This document shows positions 17,284-27,327 of a stretch of DNA of 52,263 bases, piece by piece (the stretch's first letter is position 1; the number at the start of each line of letters is the position of its first letter). The translations under genes were made by a program, and so were the position numbers. Origin of the DNA: a virus (Duplodnaviria; Caudoviricetes); the IMG/VR virus record IMGVR_UViG_3300028025_001613, positions 1 through 52,263 of that record. One strand, written 5' to 3'. The notes below the pieces were generated by a model, which ran no database searches, had not been told where the DNA came from, and was given only the letters and a program-made list of their open reading frames with translations.

Positions 17284-17457
17284 TTAAGCCTTATTTTTAG
17301 GTTTGTAATATCTTTTCTTCTTTTTAGGAGCTGCTTCTTCAGCAACAACTACTTCTTTTTTAGCTTTAGGAGCTTCTTCTACTACTGGAGCAGGAGCCAC
17401 AACTGGTTCTACAGGTGCAGCAAATAAGCTCTTAAAAAATGCAATTACTTTTTTCAT
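17284..17457 (-). CDS. Small Ala/Pro/Lys-rich protein (57 aa, not in ORF track)
   Basis: MKKVIAFFKSLFAAPVEP...KKKKRYYKPKNKA* fills the gap. Confidence 0.7.
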   Translation of the reverse strand: MKKVIAFFKSLFAAPVEPVVAPAPVVEEAPKAKKEVVVAEEAAPKKKKRYYKPKNKA

Positions 17458-17458
17458 A

Positions 17459-18079
17459 CTATTTTTTTAGTTTTATCTTCCAATAAGATTGAATACCATA
17501 AGTAATAGGACCATTAATTTCAGTACCTATATTCAATCCATATATATGATCTTTTTTATTCTTTAATAATACTCCGGCACTTGCTCCTGTAATTCCAAGA
17601 GTTTGATTACCGTTTATACCACCACCAAAAAACATTTGAGTTTTAGGCTTTTCATAATGCTGTATAGTAACAGTATTAGTTATTGTAGGAATCTTATAAT
17701 TAGATCTGACCGATCTTCCTCTAAGACTATTTTGATTAACTGTATCTATAATAGAAACATAACCAAGAGTATCAAGTCTGATAGTATCTTTAAACTCTAC
17801 AAGAGCCATATACTTACTTAACAAATCATTATATTGAGCTAAAAGCTTAGGGTAATTTGTATCAGCAATATATTCTGGAGGAGTAGCAATTGTATCATGT
17901 AATACTTTACCTTTTAAAGTTAGTGTTTTATAGATGGTAGTATCATGTACAGACCATGTAGTATCATGGACAACTGTAGTATCTGATTTCTTACCTTCAA
18001 AATTAACATAACCGCATCCTCCTTGTTGGAAGAATACCACTACAATTAATATTAAGATAATTATACTAAGATATTTCAT
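17459..18079 (-). CDS. Putative spanin-like lysis accessory protein
   Basis: N-terminal TM/lipobox-like GGC, HDT repeats, C-terminal amphipathic beta strands; beside the endolysin. Confidence 0.55.
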   Translation of the reverse strand: MKYLSIIILILIVVVFFQQGGCGYVNFEGKKSDTTVVHDTTWSVHDTTIYKTLTLKGKVLHDTIATPPEYIADTNYPKLLAQYNDLLSKYMALVEFKDTIRLDTLGYVSIIDTVNQNSLRGRSVRSNYKIPTITNTVTIQHYEKPKTQMFFGGGINGNQTLGITGASAGVLLKNKKDHIYGLNIGTEINGPITYGIQSYWKIKLKK

Positions 18080-18314
18080 CTGACTTCTTTTTTAATGAAA
18101 ACTTATCACCGGTATCACCAAGTAAAGCTGCTATACAGATATACATTACAGACTCTACCAAAGCATCTGAAGGTTTAATATCTCCATGACTAAAACTGTT
18201 AGCAGTTAATGTTACACATAAGAATAATGCACACATAAAACCTACTACAGGTTTGATTGATGTAGAACCACGCTCATCTTTAAAAAGATCTAAAACCCAG
18301 TCTTTAAAATTCAT
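18066..18314 (-). CDS. Putative holin
   Basis: 82 aa, two TM segments, charged ends, in the lysis cassette. Confidence 0.55.
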   Translation of the reverse strand: MNFKDWVLDLFKDERGSTSIKPVVGFMCALFLCVTLTANSFSHGDIKPSDALVESVMYICIAALLGDTGDKFSLKKKSDEIS

Positions 18315-18589
18315 CTTGTGTATTTTATCTTGTTATCAGGTAAAACAGCATATACTATTTCACGTTCCTTTTCAGGTATAGCCGGAATAGAAGCTGACGG
18401 AGCAGCTTTATAAAACTGTCTTTCTATATTATCAATCCTTGTTTTGTCTATATTAGACTGAGCCATAAGAAGCTTAACATCAGCTTTTATCTCATTGACA
18501 TCATTCCATATCAAAAGACTAACAAGTGATACTAAAGATGGGAATATCCACACCTTAAAAGCAGCTATAGAAGGATTCTCTTTAGTCAT
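18311..18589 (-). CDS. Single-TM coiled-coil protein (holin/antiholin candidate)
   Basis: One TM followed by heptad region. Confidence 0.55.
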   Translation of the reverse strand: MTKENPSIAAFKVWIFPSLVSLVSLLIWNDVNEIKADVKLLMAQSNIDKTRIDNIERQFYKAAPSASIPAIPEKEREIVYAVLPDNKIKYTR

Positions 18590-18597
18590 TTAATATT

Positions 18598-18873
18598 CTA
18601 TTTTAAAAGTTTGAACTCATAAACAGAACCTGCTGGTTTCTTTAGACTGATAGTCAATGTGTTAGGTACAATATTTCCTTTTAAGTCTTTACGTACAAAA
18701 TAACGTAAACCTGAAGGTTGAGCTACCACTGATTGACCTGCTCCTGGAGTTACATTTGTTGCAGGAATAACAATAGTGTCAATAGGAGTTTTAGCTGTAC
18801 TAGCAACAGACATCAATGTACCCGGAATTGGGAACCCTAGAGCGTCTTTTTGGGCATAAAATTTCTTAGCCAT
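18598..18873 (-). CDS. Hypothetical protein
   Basis: 91 aa, internal duplication (FYAQKD...IPGTL / YFVRKD...VPNTL). Confidence 0.75.
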   Translation of the reverse strand: MAKKFYAQKDALGFPIPGTLMSVASTAKTPIDTIVIPATNVTPGAGQSVVAQPSGLRYFVRKDLKGNIVPNTLTISLKKPAGSVYEFKLLK

Positions 18874-18985
18874 TGTATAAATAATTTAATATAAACTTAG
18901 AATATGTAGAATTTGTACAATCCCTACAATATAATATACGAAATATTCAGGAAATTATCTACATTTGTGAACATAAAATCTATAT
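18874..18985. promoter_or_regulatory. Divergent control region
   Basis: AT-rich strand-switch gap; perfect -7 element TACATTTG at 18960-18967 on +. Confidence 0.55.
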
Positions 18986-19471
18986 ATGAATAACCAAGAC
19001 TACGCCACATACTTAGAGAAAAAGCTTATTGACAAGTTTAAAGAAGAGTTTTTTATTAAATTTGAATACTACCCTGTAGTTTTAACCAAAATCAACTTAG
19101 TTACAGACCCATCAGACAAGTCTCCTCTGATTAGTTTAGAGCAGTTAGAGGCCTATTTTACCCCCTTTTTACCTTCTAGACACGATAAGGTAATCCATTT
19201 AAAGCATAAAATTAGAATACGAGAAATTACAGAACTACGCTCAATTTTCTGCTTCCTAGCTAGAAACATGAAATACTCTCTTAAAACAATTGGAGAATAT
19301 CTTAATGGAAGGGACCATACAACAGTCATTCATTCAGTTAACACATTTAAAGACTTAATTGAAACCTGCCCTGTATTTAGAGAGAAATATTACAAAGTAT
19401 TAGATAACATTAAAAAAATAAATAATATAACAGATGAGTCACCAATTATGGACTGTTTGCAGAAAGTATAA
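18986..19471 (+). CDS. DnaA C-terminal (domain IV) HTH protein
   Basis: SLKTIGEYLNGRDHTTVIHS signature. Confidence 0.85.
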   Translation: MNNQDYATYLEKKLIDKFKEEFFIKFEYYPVVLTKINLVTDPSDKSPLISLEQLEAYFTPFLPSRHDKVIHLKHKIRIREITELRSIFCFLARNMKYSLKTIGEYLNGRDHTTVIHSVNTFKDLIETCPVFREKYYKVLDNIKKINNITDESPIMDCLQKV

Positions 19472-19991
19472 TATAAGCCCTAATCAGCTTTACTATTTAG
19501 ATAGCTGTAGAGAAAAGATTGTACCTAGTCAGGTTATTAATGCTAATGCTCAAAGAGTTGTATGTGAACAGAGGGGTTGGATAGATCCTGAAGGCAATTT
19601 AACAGAAGGAGCATTATATATCTTAGATGAGTTTGAGACATTTTTAAAGAAGACTAAATCTAGAATTACAAAAGAAGTTTTAGGTGAAGATTTTATGAAA
19701 AATGTAAATGAATATAGGGAAATGTTCCCTGCTAATAGATTGCCTTCCAAAGAGTTAGGTAGACAAAGTGCTGCTGAGTTAACTAAGAAGTTTGTAGAGT
19801 TCTTTAAAAAGTATCCTCAATATGATTGGGAATTAGTTTTGGATGCTACAGATTATTACGTAAATTACTATAAGAAGATGGGCTTTAAATTTATGGCTAC
19901 TAGTAGTTACTTTATAAGTAAAAATGATACCTCTAAATTAGCGGACACTTGTCAGGCTATATTAGACGATCCTAAAATATTAAATATCTAA
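19434..19991 (+). CDS. Hypothetical replication-associated protein
   Basis: 185 aa between the DnaA-IV gene and the helicase. Confidence 0.7.
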   Translation: MSHQLWTVCRKYNISPNQLYYLDSCREKIVPSQVINANAQRVVCEQRGWIDPEGNLTEGALYILDEFETFLKKTKSRITKEVLGEDFMKNVNEYREMFPANRLPSKELGRQSAAELTKKFVEFFKKYPQYDWELVLDATDYYVNYYKKMGFKFMATSSYFISKNDTSKLADTCQAILDDPKILNI

Positions 19992-20008
19992 AAATACTTT
20001 AGATATTT

Positions 20009-20040
20009 TTTGGAAGCTGTAAGTATATATCTTAACTTCA
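20009..20040 (+). promoter_or_regulatory. Bacteroidetes-type promoter
   Basis: TTTG-N20-TAACTTCA upstream of ATG 20070. Confidence 0.45.
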
Positions 20041-20069
20041 CATCCCTCAAAATTACAAAAACACAGTGT

Positions 20070-20273
20070 ATGACCAATTATGAAAAAGAGATAGAATCTA
20101 TGTTCTATCAAATTACTATTCCTCTTAATGAAAAGAAAACAGTTTATGGTATTGGTTTAGATGGCTTTAAATTAGCTGTCAATAACTTAATGAACAAAGC
20201 TGTTCTAGAAGGAAAGATGGAAGCTTTACAAGAAGTTAGAGTTGACCTTAACAAACTTATAACTTCTATATAA
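20070..20273 (+). CDS. Hypothetical protein
   Basis: ATG 20070 preferred over the track TTG 20010, which lies in the promoter-like site. Confidence 0.65.
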   Translation: MTNYEKEIESMFYQITIPLNEKKTVYGIGLDGFKLAVNNLMNKAVLEGKMEALQEVRVDLNKLITSI

Positions 20274-21328
20274 TGTCTGGGCAGAAAGAAAGACCTTATG
20301 GTGCCAGAAAGTATTCAGAGATCTTAAGGGAGACTGCTCAATACGTAGATGACAGACGTAAAGGAAATATCAAATCTTTATTAACACCTTGGCCTGGATT
20401 AAATAATGCCGGAGTCAATGGTATAGAATGGGGCTCTCTTATTACAATTGGTGCTAGACCTGGTGCAGGTAAGACACTTATTGTAAGTCAAATTTTAAGA
20501 GAAGCTCGTACATTAAATATTGGACAAGAATTTAATATTTTAGAGTTCCAGTTTGAAATGGGAGCTAAACAGTCAGGCTCTAGAGCTTTTGCTGCAGAGA
20601 CTGCTCTTGACTATAATCAAATCTTAAGTACTACTCAAGCTCTTGATGATTATAATTATAATTTATTATTAAAGTATGTTAGAGAGACAGAGATATTAGA
20701 AAGTCAAGGTATACATAGATTACAAATAACTAATCCTATTAATAATAAAGAGATCATAGATGCTATAAAGCAATACTATGTGGCTCTTGGTAACAAACCT
20801 TTAATAGTAACTATTGATCATAGCTGGTTAATTAAAAAAGCACCAGATGAGAAAGAAAAGATTGCTACATTGTATAATACTGTAGAAGCATTAATGCAAG
20901 TTAAAAAGGAACTTCCTGTTATCATATTTATGATCACTCAACTTAACCGTACAATTGATGAGCCGTCAAGAAAGGAGCCAGGTAAAATTGGTAACTATCC
21001 TGTATCATCAGATGTATTTGGTGGTGATGCTCTTATGCAAGGATCAGATATGTTACTAGCATTAAACAATCCTTTTAAAGCTAATATTCCTTTATATGGA
21101 CCTAAAGAGTATGATGTTAAAAAAAATCATATCTTTATGCACTTACTTAAAGTGAGAAACGGATCTGATGATAATAACTTATTATTTATGGATGCTAATT
21201 TTAACAGACAGAAATTAGTAGAAGTAGCAGAGTTTGATTCTCAGAATCCAACAGGTACATATCAAAGACGTTCAGCTAGAAATCAACAAGCTGGACAACA
21301 ATTTACAACAAATCAATTTCAACCATAA
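20273..21328 (+). CDS. DnaB-like (SF4) replicative helicase
   Basis: GARPGAGKT, FEMG, IDH, TQLNR, KVRNG. Confidence 0.92.
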   Translation: MSGQKERPYGARKYSEILRETAQYVDDRRKGNIKSLLTPWPGLNNAGVNGIEWGSLITIGARPGAGKTLIVSQILREARTLNIGQEFNILEFQFEMGAKQSGSRAFAAETALDYNQILSTTQALDDYNYNLLLKYVRETEILESQGIHRLQITNPINNKEIIDAIKQYYVALGNKPLIVTIDHSWLIKKAPDEKEKIATLYNTVEALMQVKKELPVIIFMITQLNRTIDEPSRKEPGKIGNYPVSSDVFGGDALMQGSDMLLALNNPFKANIPLYGPKEYDVKKNHIFMHLLKVRNGSDDNNLLFMDANFNRQKLVEVAEFDSQNPTGTYQRRSARNQQAGQQFTTNQFQP

Positions 21329-21339
21329 CAACACACAGT

Positions 21340-21933
21340 ATGTCAGATTTTAATTTTTTACAGACTGCTGAAGAGCAGAAAAAAGAATGGAAGCGTAGCA
21401 AGCTTGAAGCTATACGTACTTACCATAAAACATTAATTGATGATCTTGGTATTAGTATCACAGATTTCAATATGAAGATGCCATTCCACAATAAACAAGG
21501 AGTTCTTGTAGTTGGTATCTTTTCATCAGAGTTTAAGAAAGAAAAAGGTTTCTATTTTGAATTAGTCACTAGAGAGCTAGATCCTGTAGATCCTAAGCGT
21601 ACAGTGTACAGAATTCCATATAATGCAGCTTTTGAAGAAGAGTATGAATTAAATGAGAAAGGATCTTATTTAGTTCCTATTGAACAGTTAAGATCTGTTA
21701 ATCATCAAGCTGTTGCCATTAGTAAATATGAAGCAGTTAGAAGTACAGAAAATGTATTTACAACAAATCCTAATCCTGTTTTAAAGGATATGCCAATGTA
21801 TCCGGCTCCTGCTTCTATGGATATGTCAGATGCTCCTTATAGTGAAATGACTATAAGAGACTATTATGCTATTCATACAGGAAAAGCTGTAAGTGCTAAA
21901 ACTTGGTTAAATGAGCTTATAAAATCTAAATAA
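21340..21933 (+). CDS. Hypothetical protein
   Basis: 197 aa, C-terminal MTIRDYYA motif. Confidence 0.8.
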   Translation: MSDFNFLQTAEEQKKEWKRSKLEAIRTYHKTLIDDLGISITDFNMKMPFHNKQGVLVVGIFSSEFKKEKGFYFELVTRELDPVDPKRTVYRIPYNAAFEEEYELNEKGSYLVPIEQLRSVNHQAVAISKYEAVRSTENVFTTNPNPVLKDMPMYPAPASMDMSDAPYSEMTIRDYYAIHTGKAVSAKTWLNELIKSK

Positions 21934-21950
21934 CACATAATAACAATCAC

Positions 21951-22634
21951 ATGGCACAAGGAGTATTAATTATTGCAGAGTCAGGTGCAGGTAAGTCTAC
22001 AGCTATTGAGACCCTGGACCCAAAAGAAACATTCATCATTAATGTGGCTAACAAACCGTTACCATTTAAAGGATGGAAGTCAAAGTATTCTATTTGGTCT
22101 AAAGACAATCCTGCAGGTAATATGTATGATAAGTCTGGTACCCAGAATATTTATGCAGCATTACAGTATGTAAATGACAAGCGTCCGGAAATCAAAACCA
22201 TAGTGGTAGATGATTTTCAGTACATGAGCTCATTTGAGTTCTTTGAAAGAGTAGATGAGAAAGGTTATGAAAAATTCACTCAGATTGGTGCAGGCTTAGC
22301 TCGTATAGCTAGAATGCCTAAAGACTTGAGAGATGATCTAACTGTATTCTTTTTAACTCATGCTGAAGAGTCTACTGATATGGACGGTAAGAGAAAATTA
22401 AAAGCTAAAACAATCGGTAAAATGGTTGATGAAAAGCTTACCTTAGAAGGTCTATTCTCTATTGTACTATACGGTAAGGTAAAGAAAGGCAAGGATGATG
22501 TAATCAGATATGTTTTTGAAACTCAGACTACAGGTGATAATACTTGTAAGTCACCTAAAGGAATGTTTGATACCTTTGAGATACCAAACGATTTAGGTTT
22601 AGTAAAGAAAGCAATCACAGATTTTGAAAATTAG
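21951..22634 (+). CDS. AAA_24/Sak4-like P-loop ATPase
   Basis: ESGAGKST, VVDDFQY, CKSPKGMF. Confidence 0.85.
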   Translation: MAQGVLIIAESGAGKSTAIETLDPKETFIINVANKPLPFKGWKSKYSIWSKDNPAGNMYDKSGTQNIYAALQYVNDKRPEIKTIVVDDFQYMSSFEFFERVDEKGYEKFTQIGAGLARIARMPKDLRDDLTVFFLTHAEESTDMDGKRKLKAKTIGKMVDEKLTLEGLFSIVLYGKVKKGKDDVIRYVFETQTTGDNTCKSPKGMFDTFEIPNDLGLVKKAITDFEN

Positions 22635-22665
22635 TTAAACGTTTAACATTTATAAAACAACACGT

Positions 22666-23277
22666 ATGTTTAGTACAAAAGGACAGGAAGTAAAACAAGG
22701 TGGTGGAGTACAGAAGTCTCTACAACCAGGAGTAAATTATGCACACATCTTTAGTGCATCAGTAAGAGAATCTAAAAACACAGGAAAGAAAGCTCTAGAA
22801 TTAGTTTTAGAGGGACCTGCGTTAGAAAACTTTGAAGGATGGACTATAGAAAAAGGTAATGAGAATGGCCCTAAATTTACAGGCCAATCTGCTAGAGTAT
22901 CTGCAAGTATGTGGATTGATTCTTACAATGAGACAAGTCCATCTAAGAATGAAATCATGAACAAACTTAGCATTATTGCTGTAGAATTAGGATTGAAAGA
23001 TGAATTAGATGCTATCAGTGCATCTAGTATTGAAGACTGGGTTGCTCAAGTATCTAAGTTATTAAAAGGTAAGAACTTATATTTCTTCCTTAAAGCTCAA
23101 GAAGAAGAGTACAACGGTAAAACTATTGTTAAGTTGTCACTTCCTAAGTTTAAGTTTGCAAATGCAGACGAAACTAAGTTAGAGAAGTTTGATAAAAACA
23201 ATCAGTATCATTATAGAGCTTTACAGAACAAAGCCGTATCTGGTTTTGAGCCTGTAAATGATGATTTTAACATGTAA
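22666..23277 (+). CDS. Putative single-stranded DNA-binding protein
   Basis: Follows the Sak4-like gene; beta-rich with acidic-aromatic tail DDFNM. Confidence 0.55.
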   Translation: MFSTKGQEVKQGGGVQKSLQPGVNYAHIFSASVRESKNTGKKALELVLEGPALENFEGWTIEKGNENGPKFTGQSARVSASMWIDSYNETSPSKNEIMNKLSIIAVELGLKDELDAISASSIEDWVAQVSKLLKGKNLYFFLKAQEEEYNGKTIVKLSLPKFKFANADETKLEKFDKNNQYHYRALQNKAVSGFEPVNDDFNM

Positions 23278-23302
23278 GCTTTTCTTTCATATACATACAA
23301 GC

Positions 23303-23335
23303 GGGGAGGGTTTCTACTCTCCCCAATTTTTTTTT
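23303..23335 (+). terminator. Rho-independent terminator
   Basis: GGGGAG...CTCCCC stem followed by T9. Confidence 0.75.
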
Positions 23336-23347
23336 AAATTCTAAATT

Positions 23348-24325
23348 ATGTTTAAAACTAAAAATCTGGTACACGATATAAAGGATGTACCAATACCTTG
23401 GGTATTTGAACATTTTTGCAAACTGAAAGGAAAGTTAGCTGGTGAAGATGTAAAGATTAAAAGCTTATTTAATAATAAAGAACGTACACCAAGTATGTGT
23501 ATATACTTTGATCCAAAAATTAAAGTGTATAAATACAAAGACTTCTCTACAGGTAGAGGCGGATCAGCCATAGATCTTGTAAAAGATTTAAATAATCTAT
23601 CTTATCATAAAGCCTGCAATCTAATTGTTGAGCAGTATAATGATTATGTCCTCCATAATAATGGTGGATACGACGTAAAAGAATTCAAAGAACAATCCAA
23701 GTATAAAGTACATAGTTATGTCTTTAGACCATGGACTACTCAAGATCAATATTTCTGGACTCAGTTTAATATTGGATCTAAAATATTGGATGAGTATTGC
23801 GTAAGACCCCTGTCTTACTACACTATGATAAAAGATGATAAAGAACTAGTAATTAGTGGAAACTATATATACGGTTACTTTACAAAAGGTGGTGAGCTGT
23901 ATAAAATATACCAACCTAAAACATCTGATAAGAAGTTTTTAAAAATTAGAGACTACTTGCAAGGAGAGCAGCATCTTGAAGACAATGATTATTTAGTTAT
24001 TCTATCCAGTCTTAAGGATATGATGTCTCTGAAGTCTCTTAAACTTTCTAATATAAATGTGATAGCTCCTGATAGTGAGAATTCTATGATAAAGAAGGAC
24101 ATTATGGAAGAGTTTATCAAAGAATATAAGAAAGTAATTATAATGTTTGATAATGATGAGGCAGGTATTAAAGCTATGGAAAAGTATAAAATTACTTATC
24201 CTGCAGTGGAAGTGCTTCTTCTTCCTATGAGTAAGGACCTATCTGACTCAATTAAAGACTATGGAGCTAAAGCTGTTAGAGACAGACTAGTTCCATTAAT
24301 AAATAAAAAATTAAATGGCAGCTAA
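23348..24325 (+). CDS. DNA primase (TOPRIM, crAss-type)
   Basis: ERTPSM/YKDFSTG degenerate Zn-binding domain; SSLKD, FDNDEAG, KDLSD. Confidence 0.88.
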   Translation: MFKTKNLVHDIKDVPIPWVFEHFCKLKGKLAGEDVKIKSLFNNKERTPSMCIYFDPKIKVYKYKDFSTGRGGSAIDLVKDLNNLSYHKACNLIVEQYNDYVLHNNGGYDVKEFKEQSKYKVHSYVFRPWTTQDQYFWTQFNIGSKILDEYCVRPLSYYTMIKDDKELVISGNYIYGYFTKGGELYKIYQPKTSDKKFLKIRDYLQGEQHLEDNDYLVILSSLKDMMSLKSLKLSNINVIAPDSENSMIKKDIMEEFIKEYKKVIIMFDNDEAGIKAMEKYKITYPAVEVLLLPMSKDLSDSIKDYGAKAVRDRLVPLINKKLNGS

Positions 24326-24710
24326 AAAGAAACCAACTAAAAGAGCAAGTAAAGCTATTAAAACTAGAAACTCCGGTACTATGACTGAATCGGCTTTCTG
24401 GTCATTTATAAGAAGTGCTCTTAGACAAAAGTCTAGATGGTGGAAACCTATTACAGAATGTAAAATGAAAGCTCGTAGGCCTTATAAAGGACCTAATAAG
24501 AGACAGAAGTTTGAATATGAATGTAACTGTTGCCATAGATGGTTTCCTGAAAAACAAATAAATGTGGATCATATTGTAGGAGCAGGTAGTTTAAACTGTG
24601 GGCAGGATCTTCCAGGATTTGTAGATAGACTCTTTTGTGAACAGGATAATCTACAGGTACTTTGTACAACATGCCACGATCATAAAACAAAATTAGAAAA
24701 ACTAAAGTAA
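24315..24710 (+). CDS. HNH endonuclease
   Basis: CNCC...VDHI...NLQVLCTTCH. Confidence 0.85.
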   Translation: MAAKKKPTKRASKAIKTRNSGTMTESAFWSFIRSALRQKSRWWKPITECKMKARRPYKGPNKRQKFEYECNCCHRWFPEKQINVDHIVGAGSLNCGQDLPGFVDRLFCEQDNLQVLCTTCHDHKTKLEKLK

Positions 24711-24711
24711 G

Positions 24712-24918
24712 ATGGACGATTTACATAGAGACAGCTTCAGAGCTGAAGACTGTCAAGCAGAGTTAACTAGTATAACTCAAAAGCTTAAAAACTGTAATGA
24801 TCTAATTAGAGAATTGGTTCACTTCCTTGAATATGAGGAAGCTATGACAGTAGATACTAGATCTCAACAACGTATGAGTGAAAAGCTTATAGAGCTAGGA
24901 TTATGGCCTTCAAAATAA
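24712..24918 (+). CDS. Hypothetical protein
   Basis: 68 aa ORF in operon. Confidence 0.65.
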   Translation: MDDLHRDSFRAEDCQAELTSITQKLKNCNDLIRELVHFLEYEEAMTVDTRSQQRMSEKLIELGLWPSK

Positions 24919-24930
24919 TAAACTAATAAT

Positions 24931-25266
24931 ATGGAAGATAATCAAGAATTGGATAGTACTCCTAATTTTAAAACAATATGGAACGATCCAGAATTAGCTG
25001 CAGCAAGAAAAGAGTTTAAAAAGCATTGGGATGAAGCTATGCAGCGTATAGAAGATAATATGACTCCAGAAATGGTACAATCAATTAGAGAATGGAGATG
25101 TGAGGAAGACTATACATGGAGAGCTGTATCAAGAGCTTTTTATGTATCTTATCCTGAGTTCTGTATAGAACATAAATTAGATGACGGTAATCAGATATCA
25201 GGTATGATGATCTGTGAGGTAGCACAAAAATTATTAAAACAAGAAAACTCAGAAGGATGGAATTAG
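24931..25266 (+). CDS. Hypothetical protein
   Basis: 111 aa, TWRAVS...GNQISG motif. Confidence 0.7.
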   Translation: MEDNQELDSTPNFKTIWNDPELAAARKEFKKHWDEAMQRIEDNMTPEMVQSIREWRCEEDYTWRAVSRAFYVSYPEFCIEHKLDDGNQISGMMICEVAQKLLKQENSEGWN

Positions 25267-26285
25267 AAGCGTTAATGGAAGAGACAGTCATTAAATTACA
25301 AGATGACTTTTATAGTAAGAAGTTTAACTTCTCTTATAGTAGCTTAAATAAGCTTATATGGAATCCTGCAGTGTTCTATCAGATGTATGTTCTTGGTAAT
25401 AAAGAAGAACGTACAGATGCTCACTTAATACAAGGTAAGATTATCCATGCACTTCTTTTAGAAGAGGAGAAGTTTAATGACCAGTTTGTTATTAGCCCAG
25501 GTAAACTTCCAGGTGATAATATCAAAATAATAGTAGATAGAGTTTATAACCATCATGTAGAAATAGCTGAAGATGGTGACACTCGTACTAACTTAGAAGA
25601 ATTTGGAGGAGCCATCTTAGATGTAATGAAAGATATAAACTACTTTCAGAACTTAAAGACTGACCAACAACGTATAGAAAAGGTTGTCACTATAGAAGCT
25701 ACAAACTATTGGGCATTTCTTAAAATCAAAGGATCTAAGATGTTAATTGATCAGGAAACCTATGACTACTGTAAAAGTGCTGTAGACTTAATCAAGACTA
25801 ACAAGTCAATTTGTGAGCTTATTGGCTGTGATCTAAATGATTTTAGTAATGTAGAAGTACAGAACGAGCTTCCACTAGATATAGAATTAGCTAATCAACC
25901 ATTTGGACTTAAAGGAATTATAGATAATCTTGTTATTGATCACGACAAAAAGACTATATTTGTTAATGATATCAAGACTACTAGTAAAGACTTAAAAGAC
26001 TTTCCTGAGACTATTGAATTCTATTCCTACTGGATGCAAGCTGCTATATATGTTACAATGGCTGCTACAGTGTACAAAGAATTAATAGAAAAAGGATATA
26101 CAGTTAAGTTTCATTTTGTAGTTATAGATAGAGCATTTCAAACATATGCTTTCCCGGTATCTAGTTCAACACTAAGCAACTGGGCCAACAGATTATTTGA
26201 AGTGATAGATAAAGCCAATTGGCATTATAGTAATAAAAGCTACGAGCTACCTTATGACTTTGCAACAGGTTCCGTAGTTTTATAA
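25257..26285 (+). CDS. PD-(D/E)XK exonuclease (RecE/RecB-like)
   Basis: SYSSL, GKIIH, KGIIDNL, DIKTT, QAAIY. Confidence 0.88.
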   Translation: MELEALMEETVIKLQDDFYSKKFNFSYSSLNKLIWNPAVFYQMYVLGNKEERTDAHLIQGKIIHALLLEEEKFNDQFVISPGKLPGDNIKIIVDRVYNHHVEIAEDGDTRTNLEEFGGAILDVMKDINYFQNLKTDQQRIEKVVTIEATNYWAFLKIKGSKMLIDQETYDYCKSAVDLIKTNKSICELIGCDLNDFSNVEVQNELPLDIELANQPFGLKGIIDNLVIDHDKKTIFVNDIKTTSKDLKDFPETIEFYSYWMQAAIYVTMAATVYKELIEKGYTVKFHFVVIDRAFQTYAFPVSSSTLSNWANRLFEVIDKANWHYSNKSYELPYDFATGSVVL

Positions 26286-26295
26286 AGAAAACAAT

Positions 26296-26856
26296 ATGAT
26301 AGAAAATCTTTATGGGAAGTATTTTCAGAAATCACGATCATTTTTATATCCAGCTCTTGGTATTAGACGCACTAGTAACATTAGTCCAACAGGGACCTAT
26401 CTTTCTCTTGAGGGGAAGATAGATCCTGAGGATATGAAACTAGTTGTGGCATTTAAAGTTACTAACGATGAAGGATTTAAGACATTTGAAAAACAAATGT
26501 TGCTTACTAATCCTTTATTTGATAGTAAAATAGATGTAAAAGAATACACTCTTTATATATTTAGTTTTGAAATGTATAAAGATGACTGGTTCAACTTCTT
26601 ATTGGGAAAATATTCTAAGCTTTCTGTAGTTCTTAAAAGAGCTATTAAGGCTTACTATGGAGAAAACTCTTCTGAATATAAATATATGGATACTTATCTA
26701 TACCCCGAAAAGTATCACGGAGTCTATTCTAAATTACTAGATGTAGATGTAGATACCTTAAAGTCTATAAAGGAATTATGTGACCCATGTGATCTAGAAA
26801 AAGAAACTTTAAAAATTCCTGTAGAAGATACACAAATATTAGAAAAGACTACTTAA
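26296..26856 (+). CDS. Hypothetical phage protein
   Basis: 186 aa, KSRSFLYP and GKYSK motifs. Confidence 0.8.
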   Translation: MIENLYGKYFQKSRSFLYPALGIRRTSNISPTGTYLSLEGKIDPEDMKLVVAFKVTNDEGFKTFEKQMLLTNPLFDSKIDVKEYTLYIFSFEMYKDDWFNFLLGKYSKLSVVLKRAIKAYYGENSSEYKYMDTYLYPEKYHGVYSKLLDVDVDTLKSIKELCDPCDLEKETLKIPVEDTQILEKTT

Positions 26857-26875
26857 CTTTGTAAAAACAAACAAT

Positions 26876-27277
26876 ATGAATAAATCAATGATGTTAATTA
26901 CATCCGTATGGGGAAGTAAAAAGACATTTAAATTAATCCCTGTAACATCAGAATCTCCTTATAATGAGGCTATCTTTGACGTAGATAATAAAGTGTTAGC
27001 TGTTATCTCTAAAGAGAAAAAAGAATCTTTACATATGCTTGCCAAGCTTAATGAGTTTGGAGATCCTCAGACAATGAAGATCGGCAGAAGAGCTAATGGT
27101 AAAGACTATGCAGAAGAGCGTAAAACTCTAGAAACTTTCTATGAATACTATGTAGAAAACGTTCCTGAAGTGGAAAACTTTATTAATATGTTTGCTATTA
27201 ATGCAGACAGCTTTGATTATAAGCAATACTTTGTAGAAGAAAAACCTGCTACACCTAGTAGCATTGTGACCGTATAA
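26876..27277 (+). CDS. Hypothetical protein
   Basis: 133 aa, preceded by -7-like TAACTTTG at 26854-26861 and followed by a terminator. Confidence 0.8.
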   Translation: MNKSMMLITSVWGSKKTFKLIPVTSESPYNEAIFDVDNKVLAVISKEKKESLHMLAKLNEFGDPQTMKIGRRANGKDYAEERKTLETFYEYYVENVPEVENFINMFAINADSFDYKQYFVEEKPATPSSIVTV

Positions 27278-27302
27278 TCTAACCCAAAACAAAGACTGGA
27301 AT

Positions 27303-27327
27303 AGGGAAGAGAAATCTTCCCTTTTTT
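27303..27327 (+). terminator. Rho-independent terminator
   Basis: AGGGAAGA-GAAA-TCTTCCCT followed by Ts. Confidence 0.85.
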
